NCBI GenBank assembly: GCA_046861645.1
Contig: JBHHUM010000056.1
Coordinates: 1 to 14,144 of the forward strand
DNA: 14,144 bases
Origin: Fidelibacterota bacterium
GTDB lineage: Bacteria; Fidelibacterota; Marinisomatia; Marinisomatales; UBA2128
Direction of reading: 5' to 3'
Part shown: piece by piece, positions 1 through 8,445 of the stretch
Layout of the letters: the number at the start of each line of letters is the position of its first letter
Position numbering within the stretch: the stretch's first letter is position 1
Translations under genes and position numbers: made by a program
Notes under the pieces: generated by a model
Seen by the model: the letters and a program-made list of their open reading frames with translations, nothing else
Database searches by the model: none
Told to the model about the DNA's origin: nothing

Positions 1-106
1 AACGACTAATCCAATACAACAAGGATTGAAACAAAGAGAACTTATAGAAGCATAGGAGGCAGTCGTGAGGTCTAAACGACCAATCCAATACAACAAGGAT
101 TGAAAC
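1..106 (+). CRISPR. CRISPR array, trailer end: truncated repeat 1-32, 37-bp spacer 33-69, full 37-bp repeat 70-106 (GTCTAAACGACCAATCCAATACAACAAGGATTGAAAC); array probably continues left of the window
   Basis: Two direct repeats identical at 31 of 32 shared bases (GACTAAT vs GACCAAT), separated by a unique 37-bp spacer. Internal stem AATCC...GGATT and 3' end ATTGAAAC, typical of Cas6-processed type I/III repeats. No cas genes in the window. Confidence 0.9.
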
Positions 107-148
107 TTGTTCGATTGCCATAAATATTTTATATACATTACAGTTGCT

Positions 149-166
149 CCGTCCCTTCGGGGGCGG
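149..166 (+). terminator. GC-rich hairpin with cUUCGg tetraloop downstream of the CRISPR array; possible terminator/3' stabiliser or degenerate repeat
   Basis: CCGTCCC-TTCG-GGGGCGG forms a 7-bp stem with one G-U pair. It is not immediately followed by a U-tract; A/T runs occur at about 179-192. Confidence 0.35.
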
Positions 167-310
167 TATAGAAGTCTGAAAAAAAGTTTTTTATGGACAT
201 TTTTTATCTCAAAATTGATATGTGGCAGTGACTCATTCTGAAGTGAGCCGTCTGGAATCACTAATCAATCCGGGCAAACTTGCTATGCTGCCCGGTGTTT
301 TGATTCTCAC

Positions 311-868
311 ATGAGAAATCTTCTGGTCACAGGCAGGCCAGGCGTCGGTAAGACCACCCTGGTGGAACGAGTAGCAAAGAGCCTCTATGTTTCCATCGGA
401 GGTTTCTGGACGCAGGAGATACGGGAAAGAGGGGAGAGAAGAGGTTTCCGCCTCGACACATGGGATGGGAATAGCGGCATCATGTCTCATGTAGATTTTA
501 CCAGCCCTTTTAATGTGGGGAAATACGGTGTAGATGTACGAGTAATTGATGAAATTGGAGTGCCTGCCATTGAATCTGCCCTGGCTGAAAGTAATCTTGT
601 CGTCATTGATGAGCTGGGGCGGATGGAGCTTTTCTCGGAAAGATTCCGGGAAACTGTTGTGAAAGCTTTGGACAGTGATGCGCCGGTACTGGCTGTGATT
701 CAGGATCGGTCTCATCCATTTCTGGATCAAGTACGAAGGCGTACCGATGTAGAGATAGTGCGCATCACTATGGAGAACCGGAATGCCCTTGTGATGGAGC
801 TACGAAATCGGCTGGAACAGTTCGGTGAGTCTTCAAGTGGTCAAGTGGATGATGAATCCTTAAATTGA
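311..868 (+). CDS. Nucleoside-triphosphatase, THEP1/UPF0334 (NTPase_1) family
   Basis: Walker A GRPGVGKTT at the N-terminus, GGFWTQEIRERGERRGF, VGKYGVD, and Walker B VVIDELGRMEL are hallmark motifs of the family; 185 aa. Confidence 0.9.
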   Translation: MRNLLVTGRPGVGKTTLVERVAKSLYVSIGGFWTQEIRERGERRGFRLDTWDGNSGIMSHVDFTSPFNVGKYGVDVRVIDEIGVPAIESALAESNLVVIDELGRMELFSERFRETVVKALDSDAPVLAVIQDRSHPFLDQVRRRTDVEIVRITMENRNALVMELRNRLEQFGESSSGQVDDESLN

Positions 869-905
869 CCATTGGAGATTATTTTTATGCAGGAGTAAAA
901 AGACG

Positions 906-1043
906 ATGGCTACAATCATAAAGTTATATGATATTGTTCAAGCACTGGATTTTATAGGTGATGAGCTCAAGACTTTCCTTGACAAGAGGACGGGGAAGGT
1001 AGAGATAATAGCTAATGATGAATCTTTGTGCCAGTTAATCTGA
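906..1043 (+). pseudogene. Truncated UPF0158-family-like gene (45 aa: MATIIKLYDIVQALDFIGDELKTFLDKRTGKVEIIANDESLCQLI)
   Basis: Not in the ORF track. AGGAG Shine-Dalgarno at about 892-896, ATG at 906, TGA at 1041-1043 overlapping the 3' end of the convergent isomerase gene. The KLxDIVxALxF...FLDKRTGKV pattern resembles, from recall, the N-terminus of UPF0158 proteins, which are normally much longer. Confidence 0.55.
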
Positions 1044-1475
1044 TTCCATCCGCCGAATTCGCTCGATCTGCTTCAAGTTCCACTCGTCATCGCTGAATGG
1101 AGTAGAAAACCACGCATCAAGGATGTCCATCAGGAGGGATTCTGAAGTGGCTTGCAGGCTTAGCGCTAGGACGTTGGCATGATTCCAGGTTCGGGCACCT
1201 TTAGCTGTTTCAGCATCCCGGCAAAGTGCTGCTCTGATCCCCTTGACCTTATTAGCAGCAATGGAAGCACCGGTCCCGGTCCAGCATAGAACAATGCCTT
1301 CATCAGCAATACCGTTAGCCACCGCTTCCGCTGCCTGGTGAGTAACCTCCGGCCAATCTGCCTCTTCCCCTGCCGCGGGACCGAAATATAGTACCTCGTT
1401 ACCTCGCCCTTCCAATTCATCTAATAGTGCTTCTACCAAAGAGGTGCGTTCATCGGTACTGACGGCAATTTTCAT
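1035..1475 (-). CDS. RpiB/LacA/LacB family sugar(-phosphate) isomerase, divergent active site
   Basis: MKIAVSTD start, GIVLCWTGTGASIAANKVKGIRAALC, NHANVLAL, ILDAWFSTPF; 146 aa. Confidence 0.88.
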   Translation of the reverse strand: MKIAVSTDERTSLVEALLDELEGRGNEVLYFGPAAGEEADWPEVTHQAAEAVANGIADEGIVLCWTGTGASIAANKVKGIRAALCRDAETAKGARTWNHANVLALSLQATSESLLMDILDAWFSTPFSDDEWNLKQIERIRRMESD

Positions 1476-1518
1476 GGTGAGAATTTAGTAATAGAGTCGT
1501 AGAAAGAATACGAGGATC

Positions 1519-1545
1519 ATTGAATAGTACTAAAACATATTCAAT
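1519..1545. promoter_or_regulatory. Perfect inverted repeat ATTGAATA-N11-TATTCAAT in the divergent isomerase/hypA intergenic region; candidate operator
   Basis: 8-bp arms at 1519-1526 and 1538-1545, upstream of both divergent start codons. Confidence 0.4.
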
Positions 1546-1613
1546 AATAGATTAATCCTTGACTTTAGCCCATCTACCTTGGACTTTATGGTTACTCCTA
1601 GGCGGGTCTGGTT

Positions 1614-1985
1614 ATGCATGAGCTAGCGATAGTGGTGAATATACTGGAGATTGTGGAGGAACATCTATCCCGGGAAGAATCTCCCGGGGAAGTGAGTCGT
1701 ATAGTACTTCGTGTGGGGGAATTATCTGGTGTAATGGAAGAGGCATTGAAGTTCAATTTTGAGATGGCAAAAAGGGGAACCCTGGCTGATCAAGCGGTAC
1801 TTGAGATCAATGCGGTAGAGGGCAGAGGCTGTTGCAGAAGCTGTCTGGAAGAGTTTAAGGTCGGTGAGTTTGTAGTGGTATGTCCTGCTTGTGGAAGTCG
1901 CAATGTAGAAATTACAGCTGGGCAAGAGTTGCAAATCAAGGAGATATATCTCCAAGAAACGCCGGCAACTTCTGACAGCAATTAA
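1614..1985 (+). CDS. hypA: Hydrogenase maturation nickel metallochaperone HypA
   Basis: N-terminal MHE Ni site, VGELSGV, zinc motifs CRSC and CPACGS, GQELQI. Confidence 0.96.
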   Translation: MHELAIVVNILEIVEEHLSREESPGEVSRIVLRVGELSGVMEEALKFNFEMAKRGTLADQAVLEINAVEGRGCCRSCLEEFKVGEFVVVCPACGSRNVEITAGQELQIKEIYLQETPATSDSN

Positions 1986-2031
1986 TGCTTTTTACCCTAT
2001 ATTCATAGTATATTTATGTTAGGAGGAAGAT

Positions 2032-2829
2032 ATGTGTGACACTTGTGGTTGTGGACAGCTTGAAGGCGAAGTAACAATCAAGGAACCGCACGAGACTCCA
2101 AGAGAACATTATCATGACCATGACCATCCTCACTCTCATGGAGATCGTCCAGAACGTGTTTTACAGGTAGAAAAAGATATCCTCGCAAATAATAACCTGA
2201 TTGCGGAAAGGAACCGTGGTTATTGGGAAGCGAAAGGTATTTTTACTTTAAATCTGGTAAGTTCCCCTGGTTCGGGAAAGACAACCCTGCTGGAACGGAC
2301 GATTATGTCGCTGAAGAATCAGTTGAGTATCAGTGTAATCGAAGGGGATCAGCAATCCCTGCGGGATGCCAACCGTATTAAGGCTACAGGTGTACCGGTT
2401 ATCCAGGTTAATACTGGTACGGGGTGCCATCTTGATGCAGCGATGATCAACAACGCTATGAAAAAGCTTACCCTGAAGGAAAAATCTCTCCTCTTGATTG
2501 AAAACGTGGGAAATCTTGTCTGTCCAGCCTTATTTGACCTCGGTGAAGCCCATAAGGTTGTGATTATCAGCACCACTGAGGGTGACGATAAACCACATAA
2601 GTACCCATTCATGTTCAGCGTGTCAGATCTATGTATTATCAACAAAATTGACCTGCTCCCTTATGTTGATTTCGACATCGGGAAGTGTAAAGAGTCTGCC
2701 CGTCAAGTAAATCATAATCTAGAGTTTATGGAAGTTTCTGCAGTAACGTCTGCGGGATTAACTGACTGGTACTCCTGGATAAATAGTCAAAGGAAGCTCA
2801 AAGATACTACCCTGATGGAAGAGCATTAA
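2032..2829 (+). CDS. hypB: Hydrogenase nickel incorporation GTPase HypB
   Basis: AGGAGG SD; N-terminal CxxCGC (MCDTCGC); His-rich HYHDHDHPHSH; SSPGSGKTT; CHLDA; ENVGNLVCPA; NKID. Confidence 0.97.
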   Translation: MCDTCGCGQLEGEVTIKEPHETPREHYHDHDHPHSHGDRPERVLQVEKDILANNNLIAERNRGYWEAKGIFTLNLVSSPGSGKTTLLERTIMSLKNQLSISVIEGDQQSLRDANRIKATGVPVIQVNTGTGCHLDAAMINNAMKKLTLKEKSLLLIENVGNLVCPALFDLGEAHKVVIISTTEGDDKPHKYPFMFSVSDLCIINKIDLLPYVDFDIGKCKESARQVNHNLEFMEVSAVTSAGLTDWYSWINSQRKLKDTTLMEEH

Positions 2830-2848
2830 AGCCCTTTTGTATTTTCTC

Positions 2849-5122
2849 ATGTTGTCTTCAATCCAGAGCGAGAGGCGACACGTTCTCATCAACGGTATTG
2901 TTCAGGGTGTGGGGTTCCGTCCTTTTGTCTATAATCTTGCCGTGGACGCAGGTTTGACCGGCTATGTAACCAATACATCTAATGGTGTGGAAATTGAAGT
3001 AGAAGGTCCCCACTCGAGGGTTAGTAATTTTCTACGACAATTACAGATTAAAGCTCCCCCCCTCTCCATAATTACGAATATTGAGTCTGAATTGATACGA
3101 TTGAATGGTGATACCACGTTTATCATTCAACCATCAGAGGAAAGCGAGTCTGTGTCTACACTTATTTCTCCCGATGTTGCCGTCTGTGATGATTGTCTTT
3201 CGGAGCTCTTTGATCCAAATGATCGTCGCTATCGTTATCCTTTTATCAATTGCACAAACTGCGGTCCCCGCTATACTATCATTGAAAGTATTCCTTATGA
3301 CAGACCGTTCACATCCATGCGCGAGTTTGTGATGTGCCCTACCTGTCAAAAGGAGTATGATGATCCTACTAACCGTCGCTTCCATGCTCAACCCAATGCC
3401 TGTCCAGAGTGCGGTCCTAAGGTATCATTGCATAATCCTGATCGTAGCTTGATCCGAACGGATGATTATATTGCCGAAGCGGCTTCGCTCCTCAAGAGTG
3501 GAAGCATCCTGGCTATAAAAGGCCTGGGAGGATATCATCTGGCTGTTGATGCTACAAATAAGAGAGCAGTGCGGGAACTCCGCCGGAGGAAGGGGCGGGA
3601 AGAAAAACCTCTGGCCGTAATGGTGAAAGACATAAACAGAGCTCGTCAAATCTGCTACATTTCACCAGAAGAAGAGGACATTATCACCTCAACCCAGACG
3701 CCTATCGTATTAATAAGGAAAAAGGACAACTACGATCTGACAGAGTCAGTAGCGCCGGATAGTGACCGCTTTGGGGTCATGTTACCCTATACCCCACTAC
3801 ACCATCTACTCATGGATTATGGTTTTACCGCCTTGGTCATGACCAGCGGTAACTACAGCGAGGAACCTATCTGTATCGATAATGACGAGGCCTTCTCACG
3901 GCTGGGAAGTATCGCTGACTATTTCCTCATTCACGACAGAGATATCTATTTGCGAAGCGACGATTCGGTTGTGGTTTATCTGGAGGGCTCGCTCAGACCT
4001 ATTCGACGCAGTCGTGGTTTTGTTCCCCGTCCAGTATTTGTCAATTCTAGAGGACCTGCCGTTCTGGCTGTGGGCGGTGAATTGAAAAATACCGTCTGCC
4101 TGCTGAAGGATGATCACGCCTTTCTGAGCCAGCATATTGGAGATTTAGAAAACCTGGAGGCCTACAACTTCTTCCAGATGACCATAAAACATCTTCAGAA
4201 AATCTTCGAAACCAAACCAGAACTTATTGTCTATGACTTGCACCCCAACTATCTTTCCACTCAGTGGACGCTAGAACAAAAGAGAGTCCCTGTTCTCGGT
4301 GCTCAGCATCACCATGCTCATCTGGCATCGTGTATGGCAGAGAATGGGATTTCTGGTCCAGTCATCGGAATTATCATGGATGGTACCGGTTTTGGAACGG
4401 AGGGTACTATCTGGGGAGGAGAAATATTAATCGGCGATTATGGTAGCTTTGAACGGTATGCCCACTTTCAGACCATGCCACTTCCCGGTGGAGACGCCGC
4501 CATTAAGGCGCCATGGCGGACTGCTGTCAGTTATCTGTACCAGGTATTCGAGGGGGAAATTCCAGAACTTCCGTTCATGGAATTACACGAGATAGAGCCG
4601 ATTATTGAGATGGTTTCCAAAGATATTAATTGTATTCAGACCTCTAGTTGTGGGCGACTGTTTGATGCGGTAGCGGCCATGTGCGGAGGTCTACAGACGA
4701 TCCACTACGAAGCCCAAGCAGCGATTGGTTTCATGCAGGTTGCAGGTGGTCAGACTGATGAACCCTTTGAGTTTAGAATCAAAGATGTAGAGGGTCACAA
4801 AGAGTTGATGATTGATACTATTATCCGTGCAGTGGTTGATGCGATCAAAGACAGCCAGCCCCTCGCTGGTATCAGCCAACGGTTTCATGGGACACTCATT
4901 AAACTTTTCAGTAAAATAGCACAATACGCCAGCGATGACAGTAGTATAAGGGATGTTGTACTGAGTGGTGGAGTATTCCAAAATGAGTTACTCATTAAAG
5001 GGCTAATTCCCTTACTGGAAAACGAAGGCTTGCATGTTTTTACTCAATCTCAGGTACCGACAAATGATGGTGGATTAGCGCTTGGACAGGTCATGATAGG
5101 AAGAAACTATCTGAAACAATAG
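2849..5122 (+). CDS. hypF: Carbamoyltransferase HypF (start ATG 2849 or TTG 2837)
   Basis: Acylphosphatase domain GIVQGVGFRPF; zinc fingers CDDC...CTNC and CPTC...CPEC; KGLGGYHL; QHHHAH; DGTGFG; PTNDGGLALGQ. Confidence 0.97.
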   Translation: MLSSIQSERRHVLINGIVQGVGFRPFVYNLAVDAGLTGYVTNTSNGVEIEVEGPHSRVSNFLRQLQIKAPPLSIITNIESELIRLNGDTTFIIQPSEESESVSTLISPDVAVCDDCLSELFDPNDRRYRYPFINCTNCGPRYTIIESIPYDRPFTSMREFVMCPTCQKEYDDPTNRRFHAQPNACPECGPKVSLHNPDRSLIRTDDYIAEAASLLKSGSILAIKGLGGYHLAVDATNKRAVRELRRRKGREEKPLAVMVKDINRARQICYISPEEEDIITSTQTPIVLIRKKDNYDLTESVAPDSDRFGVMLPYTPLHHLLMDYGFTALVMTSGNYSEEPICIDNDEAFSRLGSIADYFLIHDRDIYLRSDDSVVVYLEGSLRPIRRSRGFVPRPVFVNSRGPAVLAVGGELKNTVCLLKDDHAFLSQHIGDLENLEAYNFFQMTIKHLQKIFETKPELIVYDLHPNYLSTQWTLEQKRVPVLGAQHHHAHLASCMAENGISGPVIGIIMDGTGFGTEGTIWGGEILIGDYGSFERYAHFQTMPLPGGDAAIKAPWRTAVSYLYQVFEGEIPELPFMELHEIEPIIEMVSKDINCIQTSSCGRLFDAVAAMCGGLQTIHYEAQAAIGFMQVAGGQTDEPFEFRIKDVEGHKELMIDTIIRAVVDAIKDSQPLAGISQRFHGTLIKLFSKIAQYASDDSSIRDVVLSGGVFQNELLIKGLIPLLENEGLHVFTQSQVPTNDGGLALGQVMIGRNYLKQ

Positions 5123-5130
5123 GAGAAAAT

Positions 5131-5412
5131 ATGTGTCTTGGAATCCCAGGAAAGGTAATTGAAATCTTTGAAGAAAACGGGTTGAAAATGGGCAAAATCG
5201 ATTATAGTGGTACGATAAATAAAGCCTGTCTGGAATATGTACAGGATATTCAAATTGGGCAATATACAGTAGTTCATGCTGGCTTTGGCATTTCTATCAT
5301 TGACGAAGAGGAAGCTATGAAGTCCTACGAAGCTTGGCAGGAACTAGTTGAAGCAGCTCAGAGAGCTGAGATAGATGTATTTGGAAATCCATTGAAAACT
5401 GGAAAAGTGTAG
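5131..5412 (+). CDS. hypC: Hydrogenase assembly chaperone HypC
   Basis: AGGAG SD; MCLGIPG N-terminus (Cys2); VVHAGF; DEEEA; slightly long C-terminus (93 aa). Confidence 0.95.
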   Translation: MCLGIPGKVIEIFEENGLKMGKIDYSGTINKACLEYVQDIQIGQYTVVHAGFGISIIDEEEAMKSYEAWQELVEAAQRAEIDVFGNPLKTGKV

Positions 5413-5421
5413 AGGTGAGAA

Positions 5422-5505
5422 ATGGATAGTTATTCCAGTGAGACTCTTCGTGGGATTCTTTACGAAGCCCTTCAGGAAGTTCTCCATAACTTTGGAGACG
5501 CATGA
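5422..5505 (+). CDS. Putative 27-aa small protein between hypC and hypD ([27 protein letters not shown])
   Basis: SD-like GAGGTG at 5412-5417, ATG at 5422, open frame spanning the whole gap, and stop TGA 5503-5505 overlapping the hypD start as ATGA. Confidence 0.5.
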   Translation: MDSYSSETLRGILYEALQEVLHNFGDA

Positions 5506-6599
5506 AGTTTTTAGACGAATTTCGTAATTCAGAAGTTGCCAGGCAAATTTTGGTGGAAATAAAATCGACGGTAACCCAACCTTGGGTAATTATGGAAGTT
5601 TGCGGAGGGCAAACGCACTCTATCATAAAAAATGGGATTGATCAAGTTCTGTCAGAAGAAATTGAACTGGTACACGGACCCGGGTGTCCGGTTTGTGTAA
5701 CTCCTCTTGAAATGATCGATAAGGCGATAGAAATAGCCAGCAGATCAGAGGTGATATTTACCAGTTTCGGAGATATGCTCAGAGTTCCCGGTAGTCACAA
5801 GGATTTGTTTGTGGTTAAGTCTGAGGGTGGAGATGTACGCACGATCTATTCTCCCCTAAAGGCTCTTGCCATAGCTCGAGAGAATCCGGATAAGGAAGTT
5901 GTATTTTTCGCTGTGGGTTTTGAGACAACAGCTCCTGGGAATGCCATGGCGATCTATCAAGCTGACCAGGAGAAGCTAACCAATTATAGTCAACTTGTGA
6001 GCCATGTACTTGTACCACCAGCCATGACGGCGCTGTTGTCATCGGAGAATAATAGGGTTCAAGGATACTTGGCAGCAGGTCACGTTTGCACCGTTATGGG
6101 ACTGGAAGAATATGAGCCCATTGCGAGCAAATACAAAGTTCCGATAGTCGCTACTGGTTTTGAACCCGTAGACATTCTTGAAGGACTTCTCATGGTCGTG
6201 AAGCAGTTGGAAGAGGGCCGCCACGTGGTCGAAAATCAATACGCTCGCTCCGTCCAGCGACAAGGGAACCTCAGTGCGAAAAACTTGGTGAATGAAGTGT
6301 TTGAAGTGTCTAATAGAAAGTGGCGTGGTATTGGAGAAATTCAGTCCAGTGGGTTGCGAATACGTGAACGCTATGCAGCCTTTGATGCCGAGAAAAAATT
6401 CTTCGTAAATGCAATTGAAGTCAATGAATCCGAACTGTGTATCAGTGGACTGGTACTGCAAGGGCTTAAAAAACCTAACCAGTGTCCAGCTTTCGGTAAG
6501 GAATGTACCCCAACACATCCATTAGGAGCTACCATGGTTTCAGCCGAAGGTGCTTGCTCTGCTTATTATAAGTATCACCGTATCCCTGTCAAGACATGA
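5502..6599 (+). CDS. hypD: Hydrogenase formation protein HypD
   Basis: [28 protein letters not shown], and C-terminal Fe-S Cys motif C...[10 protein letters not shown]...MVSAEGAC. Confidence 0.97.
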   Translation: MKFLDEFRNSEVARQILVEIKSTVTQPWVIMEVCGGQTHSIIKNGIDQVLSEEIELVHGPGCPVCVTPLEMIDKAIEIASRSEVIFTSFGDMLRVPGSHKDLFVVKSEGGDVRTIYSPLKALAIARENPDKEVVFFAVGFETTAPGNAMAIYQADQEKLTNYSQLVSHVLVPPAMTALLSSENNRVQGYLAAGHVCTVMGLEEYEPIASKYKVPIVATGFEPVDILEGLLMVVKQLEEGRHVVENQYARSVQRQGNLSAKNLVNEVFEVSNRKWRGIGEIQSSGLRIRERYAAFDAEKKFFVNAIEVNESELCISGLVLQGLKKPNQCPAFGKECTPTHPLGATMVSAEGACSAYYKYHRIPVKT

Positions 6600-7651
6600 C
6601 GGGAGAATTTCCAGAGGCACTTTCCTGTCCATTACCCCTGATGGATCAGGATACTATCCAGCTGGCTCATGGCGCCGGTGGTTTACTCTCCTTTGAACTG
6701 ATAGAGAAGATATTCTTACCCAGATTTGGCAACGTGATATTGGAGAGGTTAGAGGATCAGGCGGTGCTTGATGTTCTTGGGGGAAAGATGGCATTTACGA
6801 CGGACACGTTTGTTGTGGACCCTATTTTCTTTCCTGGGGGTGACATCGGAGAGTTAGCTATTAATGGAACAGTGAACGATATCGCCATGTCTGGTGCAAC
6901 ACCAGACTACATCAGTGTGGCTTTCATTCTTGAAGAAGGTCTCTCCCTTGAAATCCTCCACCGAATCACTTTATCCATGGAAAAGGCAGCAAAGAAGGCA
7001 GGTATTGCCATTGTAACGGGTGATACCAAAGTAGTGGATAAGGGTAGTTGTGATAAGGTTTTTATCAATACAACGGGTGTTGGGAGGGTTCCTGAAGGTG
7101 TAAATATTTCAGCTACAAACTTAAGACAGGGTGACAGGATTATTTTGTCTGGGACCATGGCTGATCACGGCATGGCTGTTATGACCAGTCGAGAAGGGCT
7201 CTCCTTTCAATCGCAGGTGAAGAGTGATACGGCTCCGCTGAATGGTCTGGTATCATTAATGTTTGAGCATACCGCCGAGATACACGCTATGCGAGATCCC
7301 ACACGCGGGGGTGTGGCTACGACCCTTAATGAATTCGCTCGAGCTGCCCACGTTGGCATACAGCTATATGATGATCGAATTCCCGTAAAGCCCGAGGTTA
7401 AAGGGGCGTGCGAAATTCTGGGTATTGACCCTCTTTACGTAGCTAATGAGGGAAAACTCGTTGCCTCAGTAGCCAGCAATGTGGCTAACAGTCTTGTTGA
7501 AGCTATGCATAAGCATGAATATGGTAAGGAGGCTAGCATCATTGGTGAAGTCACTTCAGAGCATCCCGGCATCGTAGTCATGAGAACTGGGCTTGGGGTA
7601 GACCGTATCTTGAATATGCCAGTGGGAGAACAACTCCCCAGAATCTGCTGA
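6596..7651 (+). CDS. hypE: Carbamoyl dehydratase HypE
   Basis: [39 protein letters not shown]-terminal PRIC; ATGA overlap with hypD. Confidence 0.97.
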   Translation: MTGEFPEALSCPLPLMDQDTIQLAHGAGGLLSFELIEKIFLPRFGNVILERLEDQAVLDVLGGKMAFTTDTFVVDPIFFPGGDIGELAINGTVNDIAMSGATPDYISVAFILEEGLSLEILHRITLSMEKAAKKAGIAIVTGDTKVVDKGSCDKVFINTTGVGRVPEGVNISATNLRQGDRIILSGTMADHGMAVMTSREGLSFQSQVKSDTAPLNGLVSLMFEHTAEIHAMRDPTRGGVATTLNEFARAAHVGIQLYDDRIPVKPEVKGACEILGIDPLYVANEGKLVASVASNVANSLVEAMHKHEYGKEASIIGEVTSEHPGIVVMRTGLGVDRILNMPVGEQLPRIC

Positions 7652-7674
7652 TATAGCATCTGTTAACTGTACGA

Positions 7675-8379
7675 ATGGAGACGGACCTAAATATTCTTTT
7701 AACAGCCGCTATCTTTATAGGCATTATCCATACGGTGATAGGTCCAGATCATTATCTTCCATTCATCATGATAGCTAAAGCAAGAAATTGGTCATTGGGG
7801 AAGACCACGTCAGTCACTCTTTTATGTGGGGTCGGGCATGTTTTAGGTTCGGTAGTACTGGGTATGGTAGGAATTGCTTTGGGAGTAGCATTAGGTATTT
7901 TGGAACAGGTAGAATCAGTGCGTAGTGAGTGGGCGAGCTGGTTACTGGTTGGCTTTGGAGTTGCTTATGCAACATGGGGCTTAAGAATTGGTTATAGGGC
8001 AAGGGAACATACTCATGTCCATCATCATAATGACAATACCCACACCCATCTTCATCAACATTTAGGGAGACATGTTCATTTGCATGATGAGGGTAAAATG
8101 TTAACGACCTGGGCACTGTTTATTGTTTTCATTTTGGGACCATGTGAACCCCTTATTCCCATTCTTATGTATCCGGCAGCTCAGGGTAGCTGGAGTGATA
8201 TCCTGTGGGTTACGTTAGCTTTTGGTATTACTACAGTCGCCACTATGACAGGTATCGTAGTGGTTACTTCCAAAGGATTATTACATATAAAGTTAGGACT
8301 GTTGGAGCGTTACATCCACGCTATTGCTGGGGTAATTATAGCCATTTCTGGTCTTTCGATAAAACTGTTTGGGTTATAA
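7675..8379 (+). CDS. His-rich integral membrane protein, UreH/NiCoT-like (DsbD_2/TauE-type fold) putative nickel transporter
   Basis: About 6 hydrophobic segments; HTVIGPDHYLP motif (HxxxxDH, NiCoT/UreH-like); loop HTHVHHHNDNTHTHLHQHLGRHVHLH; GPCEP; last gene of the hyp operon. Confidence 0.78.
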   Translation: METDLNILLTAAIFIGIIHTVIGPDHYLPFIMIAKARNWSLGKTTSVTLLCGVGHVLGSVVLGMVGIALGVALGILEQVESVRSEWASWLLVGFGVAYATWGLRIGYRAREHTHVHHHNDNTHTHLHQHLGRHVHLHDEGKMLTTWALFIVFILGPCEPLIPILMYPAAQGSWSDILWVTLAFGITTVATMTGIVVVTSKGLLHIKLGLLERYIHAIAGVIIAISGLSIKLFGL

Positions 8380-8445
8380 TCAAACTCGATATTTATTAAA
8401 TCTCAATCAGTGTATCGTTATAGGTATAAGTTGTAACCAACCCTA

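Noticed and set aside
233..730. 165-aa minus-strand ORF and the other short overlapping ORFs (e.g. 5315-5626, 6039-6518, 7814-8116, 8369-8674, 11817-12205)
   Set aside because: They are shadows of well-supported genes on the other strand or frame and carry no recognisable motifs.
311..868. NTPase as a CRISPR-associated accessory gene
   Set aside because: Only adjacency supports it; it is an ordinary THEP1-family protein and no cas genes are visible.
7649..7651. Other TGA stops (hypE, hypD, NTPase, marR) as further Sec codons
   Set aside because: Each protein appears complete at the stop (HypE must end in PRIC), and none needs a missing Cys at that position.
8380..8445. Bidirectional terminator between the convergent operons
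   Set aside because: Only a weak, bulged AT-rich hairpin (ATAGG..GTTG-taac-CAAC-CCTAT) without U-tracts.
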